A stretch of 64,000 bases of DNA from a virus. The notes under the pieces were generated by a model. The model had not been told where the DNA came from and did no database searches. It worked only from the letters and a program-made list of their open reading frames with translations. Positions 50,934-58,828 of the stretch are shown here, piece after piece (within the stretch, counting starts at the first letter, position 1; every line of letters begins with the position of its first letter). Both the position numbers and the translations under genes were made by a program. Where the stretch lies: the IMG/VR virus record IMGVR_UViG_3300028027_000002, positions 32,001-96,000 of that record, one strand, 5' to 3'.

Positions 50934-50949
50934 ATAGAAAAGGAATAAA

Positions 50950-51810
50950 ATGAAAAAAGTACTACTAGCACTACTATCAGTTGCAATTGCATTTACAGCA
51001 ATCGCACCAGCACAAGCACAAGATCAAAAGGTTTTAGCAATCATTGATTCAGCAGTCGATTACAAGAAGATTCCTTCAGTAATCTATGAAGCATGTTTCA
51101 CAACTAATCTTTCATGTCCAAATAAAACAAACTTTATGGAAGGCAAGGGGTCTGCAAATTCAAATGTATGGCCTTCGTCAATTATTAATTCTATTTATCA
51201 TGGTCACAACATGACTCAGGCTGCACTTACAGTAGACCCAAGCATCAAGATCGTCTTTGTTAGAGTTGCCAATGTTACAAGTTCTGGTAATATTCTTCAA
51301 GATACTAAGTCTTTGCGATCAGCAATTGACTGGGTATCAAAGAACGCTGAAAAATATAGCATCGATGCAGTTTCAGTTAGTTTATCCTCTATATCTAAAA
51401 ACAATCTAACCGAATGCACAACAGACTCTGTTGTTTTGACAGCAGTGTCTTATCTTAATTCAAAAAATATTCCAACATTTGCAGCAACTGGAAATGATGG
51501 CTCATTGAATGTAGTTGGATATCCGTCATGTGTCTCTGGTGTAATTGGAGTTGGAGCATCATGGTTTGACACTACAACAAAGTCTCACATTTTTGCAAAG
51601 TCTACAAATCGTGGTCCTGGTCTTGACATTCTTGGTGTAGCAGAAGCACTAGTTGTAAGATACCACGGAACAACAGTAGAGACATCTGGAACTTCTGGAG
51701 CAACTGTTCTTACGGCAGCAAAGTATGTTTCTAAAAATACATACAAAACCTTTGGAGAATATGTATCATCTCTTCCAAAGATGCTATCATATCCATATAA
51801 CGGCAAGTAG
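50950..51810 (+). CDS. Secreted subtilisin-like (S8) serine protease
   Basis: Signal peptide; triad motifs IIDS, HG.NM, ATGN, SGTS.AT. Confidence 0.85.
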   Translation: MKKVLLALLSVAIAFTAIAPAQAQDQKVLAIIDSAVDYKKIPSVIYEACFTTNLSCPNKTNFMEGKGSANSNVWPSSIINSIYHGHNMTQAALTVDPSIKIVFVRVANVTSSGNILQDTKSLRSAIDWVSKNAEKYSIDAVSVSLSSISKNNLTECTTDSVVLTAVSYLNSKNIPTFAATGNDGSLNVVGYPSCVSGVIGVGASWFDTTTKSHIFAKSTNRGPGLDILGVAEALVVRYHGTTVETSGTSGATVLTAAKYVSKNTYKTFGEYVSSLPKMLSYPYNGK

Positions 51811-51815
51811 TTTTA

Positions 51816-51842
51816 AGTCCTAGGCATGACTAAAACTGCCTA
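51816..51842 (+). ncRNA. Small H-type pseudoknot motif, copy 1
   Basis: AGTC-C-TAGGCA-T-GACT-AAAAC-TGCCTA; covaries with the copy at 60024-60055. Confidence 0.6.
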
Positions 51843-51846
51843 ACCT

Positions 51847-51919
51847 TGCCCTATAACTCAGTTGGTAGAGTGCCGAACTGTTAATTCGGATGTCCCTGGA
51901 TCGAGGCCAGGTGGGGCAG
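51847..51919 (+). tRNA. tRNA-Asn(GUU)
   Basis: Cloverleaf: TGCCCTA/TGGGGCA acceptor, CCGAA-CTGTTAA-TTCGG anticodon arm; atypical T loop ATCGAGG; no CCA. Confidence 0.88.
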
Positions 51920-51960
51920 CGTGATATAATTGTATTGTCATACCTACAAGGAGGAATATC

Positions 51961-52599
51961 ATGGCAGCAAAAGGTAGTTTAGAAGCAATCATTGAGGTTG
52001 CAAAGAAGGAAGTGGGAACAATTGAAGGCCCTAAAGATAACGAAACAAAGTACGGTGCATGGATCAAGGTTAATTTTCAGCCATGGTGCCAGTCCTTCGT
52101 TTCTTGGTGTGCATTTACTTCGGGAGTAAAGTCATTCCCTAAGTCTGCATCAACAGTTGCAGCAGCAGACTGGTTCAAGAAGGCTGAGCGTTGGTCAGAT
52201 GCTCGCAACGATGATCCACAAGCAGGAGATTGGATCTATTTTGATTTCCCAGAAGATGGTGTAAATCGTATTTCACATGTTGGTCTTTGCATTAAGAACA
52301 ACGGAGATGGAACAATCCAAGTTATTGAGGGAAATACTTCAGGAACTGCAAAGGGAGATCAGCGCAATGGCGGAATGTGCGTAGAAAAAACTCGTGCATA
52401 TGTAAAGAATAACAAGAAGAAGTTAGTTAACGCTGTAGTTGGTTGGGGCCGTCCAGTCTATACTGGTGAAGAGAATGCTCCACTACTAAACAAGGTAGTT
52501 GCATCTGCAACAACTGCAGCACCAGTTAAGAAAGCAGCACCAAAGCCAGCAGCAAAGAAGTCTTCTGGTGGCGGAGGAAAGGGCAGTGTGGCACTATAA
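51961..52599 (+). CDS. CHAP-domain cell-wall hydrolase (endolysin)
   Basis: QPWCQSFVSW, SHVG, IEGNT; SD AAGGAGG; Lys/Ala-rich tail. Confidence 0.85.
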   Translation: MAAKGSLEAIIEVAKKEVGTIEGPKDNETKYGAWIKVNFQPWCQSFVSWCAFTSGVKSFPKSASTVAAADWFKKAERWSDARNDDPQAGDWIYFDFPEDGVNRISHVGLCIKNNGDGTIQVIEGNTSGTAKGDQRNGGMCVEKTRAYVKNNKKKLVNAVVGWGRPVYTGEENAPLLNKVVASATTAAPVKKAAPKPAAKKSSGGGGKGSVAL

Positions 52600-52799
52600 T
52601 GGAATCAACTAAGAGGTCATCACTTAAAACAATTAGTTGGGAAACATTTCACCTTGTAGTTCTTGCTGGAATCATTTACATATTTACTGGTGAATGGGAG
52701 TACGCAAGTCTTGGTGCAATTCTTTACATCGCTATTGAAGCATTAGGATACTTTGTACACGAAAGACTGTGGGCAAGGTTTGGAAAGAAGGTAAAGTAA
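52599..52799 (+). CDS. DUF2061 small membrane protein, copy 1
   Basis: RSSLKTISW...YFVHERLW. Confidence 0.8.
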   Translation: MESTKRSSLKTISWETFHLVVLAGIIYIFTGEWEYASLGAILYIAIEALGYFVHERLWARFGKKVK

Positions 52800-52903
52800 T
52801 GAGAATTAAAATTATTAAGTTTGTAGTAAAGGCTTTGGGTTATGAGTGGGGTGGAGACAAACTAAACCTACCTTATTGGACAGTAAAAGCAAAGAAGAAA
52901 TAA
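52799..52903 (+). CDS. 34-aa hypothetical protein (not in ORF track)
   Basis: MRIKIIKFVVKALGYEW...; TAATG coupling; fills the gap exactly. Confidence 0.55.
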   Translation: MRIKIIKFVVKALGYEWGGDKLNLPYWTVKAKKK

Positions 52904-52905
52904 AC

Positions 52906-53091
52906 ATGGCCTTGTACGAATATGATTGTATGCCATGTGCACAAAGATATATAAAGGAACGGTCTATTAAGGACAATGATCCTGGATATACATGTGAAAC
53001 TTGCAATACTTCTTTGGTTCGTGTATACTCTAATGTAGGAGCAGTTTTCAACGGTAGTGGATTTTATTCCACTGATAACAGAAAGAAATAG
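52906..53091 (+). CDS. FmdB-family zinc ribbon protein
   Basis: MALYEYDC..C...C..C...F.GSGFYSTD. Confidence 0.85.
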   Translation: MALYEYDCMPCAQRYIKERSIKDNDPGYTCETCNTSLVRVYSNVGAVFNGSGFYSTDNRKK

Positions 53092-53101
53092 GCAGTATAC
53101 T

Positions 53102-53329
53102 ATGAATACCATGATAGAAACACCTGAAGAAATCAAAGAATGGGTGCTTAAGGCAACCGATAGATGTGATTCATGTGCAGCAGAAGCCTTAGTTCAAGTT
53201 GTTGGGCTAAATGGAGAACTGTTATTTTGTGGTCATCACTACAATAAGATTATGGATGATTCAGTCGGATATGAAAAGATGATGAAGTTTGCAATTACTG
53301 TTACTGACGAACGAGAAAAGTTAAGATAA
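53102..53329 (+). CDS. Small zinc-binding actinobacterial-type protein
   Basis: DRCDSC.A.A...LLFCGHH. Confidence 0.7.
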   Translation: MNTMIETPEEIKEWVLKATDRCDSCAAEALVQVVGLNGELLFCGHHYNKIMDDSVGYEKMMKFAITVTDEREKLR

Positions 53330-54172
53330 GTGCTAAAGTTTCACTACATGTTTAGAGGAAATCCCTTAGACGCTAAAGGTTTGAGGGATCTTTCTTTTCA
53401 ATTAGAGTCTTTTGGGTATGAATCGGTTCTATTGACATTTCATTCAGACTCTCCAGACTATCTTGTAAAAAGTGCTGCTGCACTTGTTCCAGGACAAAAG
53501 TTAAAATATATGATTGCTCTAAGGCCATACCATATAAGCCCACAATATTGTGCCATGGTAACAGAGGCCTTTAATCAAATAGAGCCCGATAGGTTAATTT
53601 TTAACTGGATCGCTGGAGATGAAAAAAGTACCTCTGGAGAAAAACCACAGATGGATGTCTATGGAGACACAGAAGCATTAGATAGTATAGTAAAAAGAAC
53701 AACATTTTTAAGGAATTTTATTAAACAATATAATGAAATGCCAGTGATAAGTAAAAAACCAGAAATGGTATTTAGTGGTTTTTCAGAGTATACAGTAGAG
53801 ACTGCTAGAATGTTTTCTGAAACTTCTTTATCAGTTATTGATGATTACAAAAATAATATGGACAGGTTTAAAGGAATAAAAAAAATAATGGTTATGGCTA
53901 CACCTGTTATACTAGAAACAGAAAAAGAAGTTGAAGATTACAAAGAGTACCTATTTAAACAAAGTTCTAGATTTCTAGATATGTCAACAATTGGTACAAG
54001 AGATAGCGTAAAAAAACAACTTCTTGAACTTGAAGAGTATGGAGTATCAGATGTTCTGATCAACACTCACAGGTGGGACTTGTTTGGAAAAGATAGCCCG
54101 TTAAAAGAAAAAGATAATATTTTAATTAATGATTTAATTAAAGAAATAAATGAAGAGATGGGAAAAAAATGA
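53330..54172 (+). CDS. Luciferase-like (SsuD-related) flavin monooxygenase homolog, copy 1
   Basis: E..GYESVL, LKYMIALRP..ISP, RLIFN.IAG, IGT...V..QL..L...GV. Confidence 0.7.
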   Translation: MLKFHYMFRGNPLDAKGLRDLSFQLESFGYESVLLTFHSDSPDYLVKSAAALVPGQKLKYMIALRPYHISPQYCAMVTEAFNQIEPDRLIFNWIAGDEKSTSGEKPQMDVYGDTEALDSIVKRTTFLRNFIKQYNEMPVISKKPEMVFSGFSEYTVETARMFSETSLSVIDDYKNNMDRFKGIKKIMVMATPVILETEKEVEDYKEYLFKQSSRFLDMSTIGTRDSVKKQLLELEEYGVSDVLINTHRWDLFGKDSPLKEKDNILINDLIKEINEEMGKK

Positions 54173-54927
54173 TTATTCAGATTATAGGTCTGCCAGGTGC
54201 AGGCAAGACAGAGTTAGCCAAGGCACTCAAAGAAAGAATTAACGCTATTCATCTTAATGCAGATGAGGTTCGTGCAACAGTAAACTCAGACCTAGGCTTT
54301 AGCCCTGAAGACAGAATTGAGCAGGCACGGCGCATGGGAGATATGGCTCGCCTTATCTCTAAGCAAGGTGTTGCTCCAGTAATTGTTGACTTTGTATGCC
54401 CAACAGACTTGACTCGTGCAGCATTTGGCAAGCCAGATATTTTAGTTTGGGTAGACAGAATTGAGTCTGGAAGATTTGAAGATACAAACAAGATGTGGGA
54501 AGATCCAGAGTCCTGCGATGTCCGAATCCCTTGTGGTATGACAGTAGAAGAAGAGGCTGATTTAATCATTGCTGCTTGCCAGTTACACGATTGGACAGCC
54601 CCTACAACCCTTATGCTGGGCAGATATCAGCCATGGCATGAAGGACACCACGCCCTTTACAAAGAGGCAGGTAAGAGAACAGAGCAGGTTTTGCTGGGAG
54701 TTCGTAATACCTATAATACCAGTGAGAAAGATCCACTTAAGTTTGATCAGGTAAAAGAATATATTGCCAAGGACGACTTTATGGATGGTGCATTAGTACT
54801 AAGACTACCTAACATTACTAACATCGTATACGGTAGAGATGTAGGATACAAGATTGAACAAGTAGATTTGGGGGCAGACATTCATGCTATTTCGGCTACT
54901 GAAAAACGCAAGCAGTTGGGTCTTTAA
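54169..54927 (+). CDS. cysC: Adenylylsulfate kinase-like domain fused to HxGH nucleotidyltransferase
   Basis: GLPGAGKT, LNADEVR...DLGFS.EDR; C-terminal GRYQPWHEGH. Confidence 0.8.
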   Translation: MIIQIIGLPGAGKTELAKALKERINAIHLNADEVRATVNSDLGFSPEDRIEQARRMGDMARLISKQGVAPVIVDFVCPTDLTRAAFGKPDILVWVDRIESGRFEDTNKMWEDPESCDVRIPCGMTVEEEADLIIAACQLHDWTAPTTLMLGRYQPWHEGHHALYKEAGKRTEQVLLGVRNTYNTSEKDPLKFDQVKEYIAKDDFMDGALVLRLPNITNIVYGRDVGYKIEQVDLGADIHAISATEKRKQLGL

Positions 54928-55012
54928 TTATTTAGAAGAGTCTGGTCGCTTAATGAACGAAGCAGAAGAGCGAATAATGTTTGGAGACAAAGATGAGCGT
55001 AAAGAAAAGTAG
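54884..55012 (+). CDS. Possible 42-aa protein overlapping the cysC end (not in ORF track)
   Basis: MLFRLLKNASSWVFNYLEESG...; G-rich SD; bridges the gap to the next gene. Confidence 0.4.
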   Translation: MLFRLLKNASSWVFNYLEESGRLMNEAEERIMFGDKDERKEK

Positions 55013-55196
55013 ATCACTTGTTAAGTCTTTAACATGGAGAGTTGTCGCAATGGTTTCAGGGTTTGTAACTCTTTATGCTTTGAGCGAAGATATTAGTCTG
55101 GCTACTATTGCTACACTAATAACCAATGGGGTTAACTTTGTGGCATACTATTATCATGAAAGAATTTGGAATGCTGTTGGGTGGGGCAAAGAATGA
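54993..55196 (+). CDS. DUF2061 small membrane protein, copy 2
   Basis: RSLVKSLTWR...YYYHERIW..VGWG. Confidence 0.85.
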   Translation: MSVKKSRSLVKSLTWRVVAMVSGFVTLYALSEDISLATIATLITNGVNFVAYYYHERIWNAVGWGKE

Positions 55197-55396
55197 AAGT
55201 AACCAAAACAAGATCATTTGTTAAGGCATTAAGTTATCGCATATGGGGAACACTTTCCTCTGTTGCTGTTGCCTATGTCATAACAAGAAATACTGCTCTT
55301 TCTGTAACGATTGCGTTTTGGGAAACGGTAGTTAAAATATTCATCTACTACGCACATGAGCGTGGATGGAACTATATACAATGGGGGAGAAAGTAA
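55193..55396 (+). CDS. DUF2061 small membrane protein, copy 3
   Basis: RSFVKALSYR...YYAHERGW..IQWG. Confidence 0.85.
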   Translation: MKVTKTRSFVKALSYRIWGTLSSVAVAYVITRNTALSVTIAFWETVVKIFIYYAHERGWNYIQWGRK

Positions 55397-55803
55397 TGTT
55401 TGAATATTATGTAAAGAAAGTAACAAAGGTCGTTGATGGAGATACCATCGATGTCGATATTGATTTAGGGTTTGACATTTCTTTTAGTTCTAGAGTGAGA
55501 CTGGCTGGTATCGACACGCCTGAGTCTCGCACAGCAGACAAGGCTGAAAAGGCTTTAGGACTGGAAGCAAAGGCTTATTTGAAGGCTGCTATTGACAGTG
55601 CTAAGTCTGTAGTCATCAAGACAGAGAAGATGGACTCTTCGGAGAAGTATGGTCGTATTCTTGGCTGGGTATACCTTGATGGAGATACAGAGTCTATCAA
55701 TGACAAGATGATTAATGATGGTCATGCTTGGGGCTATATGGGGGAAACAAAGATCAAAGATTTTCAAGCACTTGCAAAGGCTAGAAAGATTTCTGGAAAG
55801 TGA
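55396..55803 (+). CDS. Thermonuclease (SNase family)
   Basis: VVDGDT, VRLAGIDTPE, KYGRILG. Confidence 0.9.
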   Translation: MFEYYVKKVTKVVDGDTIDVDIDLGFDISFSSRVRLAGIDTPESRTADKAEKALGLEAKAYLKAAIDSAKSVVIKTEKMDSSEKYGRILGWVYLDGDTESINDKMINDGHAWGYMGETKIKDFQALAKARKISGK

Positions 55804-56426
55804 TCACAAAAAATATTTTAGAAAAAAATGTATACTATTATGAAAATGTTATACAAGATCCTTTAAAGTTGGTTGAGGATATAGAAAAAATAGATCACCT
55901 ATTAACAGATAAAACTGGAATTTCTAAATGGTTCAAGTGGGCAGCATATCAGTCTACATATGTATTTGGAAAACAAAAGATGATAAGAGAACATCTTTTT
56001 GATAAAAATCATGAAGCATATAGCCAATGTAGGGACATAGAAAAGCAAATAACTGATGCAATACTCTATGCATCAAAAGACTATGAGTCTTTTCATACTG
56101 GACTTAGTATTGGTTTGCTATGTCCAATATCAATAAGCAAATATTCTGTTGGAGGTGAGATGGGCAAACATACAGACACCTATGATGACGATAAGTCAAG
56201 AACTATCTCTGTTGTTCTTTATTTAAATGACGACTACACTGGTGGTGAGATTGAATTTGAAGATCAAGGTATTTTTATAAAGCCAACTGCTGGAAGCATT
56301 ATGGTGTTCCCATCAAGGAAGCCTTACTTCCATGCTTCAAAGCCAGTTCTCTCAGGAGAAAAGTATATTGTTCCAGGGTTCTGGGAAAATAGAGTTGAGT
56401 TTCAGACTGGATGGCAAAATGGATGA
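55800..56426 (+). CDS. 2OG-Fe(II) oxygenase
   Basis: HTD...YLNDDYTGG...FPS...H...K. Confidence 0.88.
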   Translation: MITKNILEKNVYYYENVIQDPLKLVEDIEKIDHLLTDKTGISKWFKWAAYQSTYVFGKQKMIREHLFDKNHEAYSQCRDIEKQITDAILYASKDYESFHTGLSIGLLCPISISKYSVGGEMGKHTDTYDDDKSRTISVVLYLNDDYTGGEIEFEDQGIFIKPTAGSIMVFPSRKPYFHASKPVLSGEKYIVPGFWENRVEFQTGWQNG

Positions 56427-56748
56427 GTTTGATGAAATAGACAGGCTTATCCTTAACGGATGTTTGGAGGTTGCAGGGATAGATATTGAAACTGGGGAAC
56501 CATTGTACAACTTTACAGAAAAATTAATTGAAGTAAATCCACAACTTCACGAAGAAATATCAAGATATTTTTCTAACGAAGCAATGTCGTTGTGGAGTGA
56601 AGGATTTTTAGACATGGATGTGACAGAAAAAAATCCAATGGTAAGCCTTACACCAAAGGCATTGAATGAAGAAGAGGTTGCAAAACTAACTAAAGATAAA
56701 CAGTACACGCTAAAAGAGATCATGCGTGTTATTGGTTTAGATAGGTAG
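56419..56748 (+). CDS. Hypothetical protein
   Basis: Coupled ORF; LEVAGID.ETGE.LY.FT. Confidence 0.7.
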   Translation: MDEFDEIDRLILNGCLEVAGIDIETGEPLYNFTEKLIEVNPQLHEEISRYFSNEAMSLWSEGFLDMDVTEKNPMVSLTPKALNEEEVAKLTKDKQYTLKEIMRVIGLDR

Positions 56749-56769
56749 TATAATTGTTGTGGAGGAACT

Positions 56770-57189
56770 ATGGAATATTTTCTTGGATCTGCAATAACTA
56801 TGATAGCCATGTTCGTAACAACACGGCTAATTTCTTCCCAAAAAACAAACATTAAAAAGAATGATTTTGTATATAGACAAAGCCATATACATGAAATCAT
56901 TTCTCCATTAATACCATACATGATGCCACATAAAAAAGAAATAGTTAGACAGTCCAGCAACCATGAAGAAAAAACAAACATAAAGGTTGTTATTTTTGAC
57001 AACAAGGCCTATTTTGTTAAGGATGGTACATTTTATTGTGCAGAAATGCACGGTACAGATATAGATGGGGCCAACGCAACCCTAGTTGACACGATGGCTA
57101 TGGATAAGGTACAATTAGATAAGATGCTGTTTATAATGGATCAACTTAGAGATGGGAAGAAAAATGATAGTGGGGATTCAAGGAACTAG
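56770..57189 (+). CDS. Hypothetical protein with N-terminal membrane anchor
   Basis: SD GGAGG; TATAAT 56749-56754. Confidence 0.7.
   Translation: MEYFLGSAITMIAMFVTTRLISSQKTNIKKNDFVYRQSHIHEIISPLIPYMMPHKKEIVRQSSNHEEKTNIKVVIFDNKAYFVKDGTFYCAEMHGTDIDGANATLVDTMAMDKVQLDKMLFIMDQLRDGKKNDSGDSRN
57086..57115 (+). promoter_or_regulatory. SigmaA promoter embedded in CDS, upstream of the whiB operon
   Basis: TTGACA-18 nt-TACAAT. Confidence 0.6.
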
Positions 57190-57514
57190 TAGTTTTGATG
57201 ACTACCAGGTTTTTCTTAGAGCCATGGCCGTTACGATGTCTTCTTTAAAAGAAGGTGATCCGTACTTCTATCTCTATTCTGCAGGACCAGCCAATATTAA
57301 CTTAATGGCTATGGAGTTTGCTAATCTGTCAGAGAGAGGTCTTAAGGCTCGTGGTAAAAGTATTAAGTATAAGGCTGTGCCACCTTCGTGGATTACAGAA
57401 AATATTTTAGATATAAACTACTTTGCTTTTTTAAGTAAGGAAAGAGAACAGGTGTCAAAACTTGTTGACGATGCAAAAACAAATAATGTCGAATACGGCA
57501 TTTTTAGGTACTAG
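57164..57514 (+). CDS. Hypothetical protein (weak SLOG/YspA-like N-terminus)
   Basis: MIVGIQGTSSFDDY start motif. Confidence 0.55.
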   Translation: MIVGIQGTSSFDDYQVFLRAMAVTMSSLKEGDPYFYLYSAGPANINLMAMEFANLSERGLKARGKSIKYKAVPPSWITENILDINYFAFLSKEREQVSKLVDDAKTNNVEYGIFRY

Positions 57515-57523
57515 GAGATCATA

Positions 57524-57733
57524 ATGGAAATCAAGTCATTAGAACAAATGGAAACAATTGTTAAGAATAACAAGGGTTTGGTATGGGATGGGTGGACAGT
57601 AGTTAATTCTTATCCTTCTGAGAAGGGTAGAACAGCCCCACAAGGGGCATTCGTGGATGGTAAATGGCATCTGCAGCGTCGCTTTGTACCTTCTAAGAAT
57701 GGATGGGATATACCAGACAAGTTTGTGAGTTAA
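57524..57733 (+). CDS. Trp-rich hypothetical protein
   Basis: SD AGGAG; LVWDGWTVV...GKW...GW. Confidence 0.7.
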   Translation: MEIKSLEQMETIVKNNKGLVWDGWTVVNSYPSEKGRTAPQGAFVDGKWHLQRRFVPSKNGWDIPDKFVS

Positions 57734-57734
57734 T

Positions 57735-58019
57735 ATGCCAAAGCACGAATGGAAAGATGATGCTTTGTGTTTAGATTACGACACAAATATATTCTTTGAA
57801 AAGTATGAAGATGATGAACTTCTAAGACCTGCAGTAGACAAACTTTGTTCTATGTGTCCAGTGTCTAAGATGTGTTTTGCTGTTGGTGTTTCACAAAAAG
57901 AGTGGGGTATCTGGGGTGGAGTTTATCTCGAAGGTGGACAAATATCTAAAGAGTTTTCAAAACATAAGTCTAAAACAGACTGGGCAAATACTTGGCAAAG
58001 ACTAACAACGGAGCAATAA
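57735..58019 (+). CDS. whiB: WhiB-family transcription factor
   Basis: W...ALC...FF...LC..CPV...C...GIWGG. Confidence 0.92.
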   Translation: MPKHEWKDDALCLDYDTNIFFEKYEDDELLRPAVDKLCSMCPVSKMCFAVGVSQKEWGIWGGVYLEGGQISKEFSKHKSKTDWANTWQRLTTEQ

Positions 58020-58020
58020 T

Positions 58021-58257
58021 ATGTATACAGATTCAATGAGACGAGCCTTTCGATCACTTAGGGGACCAAAAGGATTTGAACTTCAAATAGTTGATAATGA
58101 CAACTTCTTGACTGTAAAAGCAAGTGAGAAGCAGTTTATGAGTCTTTCTGGAGAAGAAAGAAAACAGGCTGTAGAGTATATGGTTCGTGCAAAAAAAGCA
58201 CTTGAGGATAATGGTGCGATTGTTTTGTTGGTTAGAGAGGGTGGGGAAGAATTGTGA
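58021..58257 (+). CDS. Hypothetical protein
   Basis: 78-aa ORF in the operon. Confidence 0.7.
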   Translation: MYTDSMRRAFRSLRGPKGFELQIVDNDNFLTVKASEKQFMSLSGEERKQAVEYMVRAKKALEDNGAIVLLVREGGEEL

Positions 58258-58679
58258 TAGAGTTAATTTCATTTTCTATTTTTATTATTTTGTTCTTTAT
58301 GTTAATTTTTAACAATGTTAGATTAAACATAAAGTTGTCTGAACTTAGGCTTGAAGTTATAAAGGCTTACCTAGAAAAAACAATCGTATCTGAAAAGTTA
58401 ATAGAAATATCTGAAGAAAAAAATAAAAAAGACGACTATTCATCTGAAGCATTCTTAAAATTTATTTCAGATTCTAGAGACTGGGCATATCAGTATATAG
58501 ATGAAGTTCAAGAAGGAATAAATAAGTTTGTTACTGATATTGAGCCTGAAATATCATACTTTGATGAGTATGGCGCAGTTGGTTCTGCGTATCCTCACTA
58601 CCACTCTATGAAGAAAATTTCTGGGGCATATAAAGAACTAAAGAAACTGATACCAGAAGACTATGATAGAATAGAGTAA
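58254..58679 (+). CDS. Membrane-anchored hypothetical protein
   Basis: N-terminal TM; FLKFISDSRDWAY.YI..VQ. Confidence 0.7.
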   Translation: MIELISFSIFIILFFMLIFNNVRLNIKLSELRLEVIKAYLEKTIVSEKLIEISEEKNKKDDYSSEAFLKFISDSRDWAYQYIDEVQEGINKFVTDIEPEISYFDEYGAVGSAYPHYHSMKKISGAYKELKKLIPEDYDRIE

Positions 58680-58828
58680 TGATCGTACTTAAATCAACTA
58701 AAAATCTTAACATGTTTATATGTGAAGAAGAGTTGTGCCAAGATGAAAGCACAAAAGTTTGGGCAAATTCTGAGAGCAGAATCGCAGACCTTTGCGATTT
58801 CCATTATTCTGAGGCAAGTAAGCCATGA
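58679..58828 (+). CDS. 49-aa Cys/His protein (not in ORF track; leaderless)
   Basis: CEEELC...LCDFHY; TGATAGAAT ends 6 nt before the ATG; ATGA overlap downstream. Confidence 0.55.
   Translation: MIVLKSTKNLNMFICEEELCQDESTKVWANSESRIADLCDFHYSEASKP

Noticed and set aside
51816-51842. preQ1-I riboswitch or theta-ribozyme identity for the pseudoknot beside tRNA-Asn
   Set aside because: Topology is preQ1-like, but the ligand-binding loop signature is not evident and no que genes follow; it is too short and on the wrong (5') side for an HDV-like theta ribozyme.
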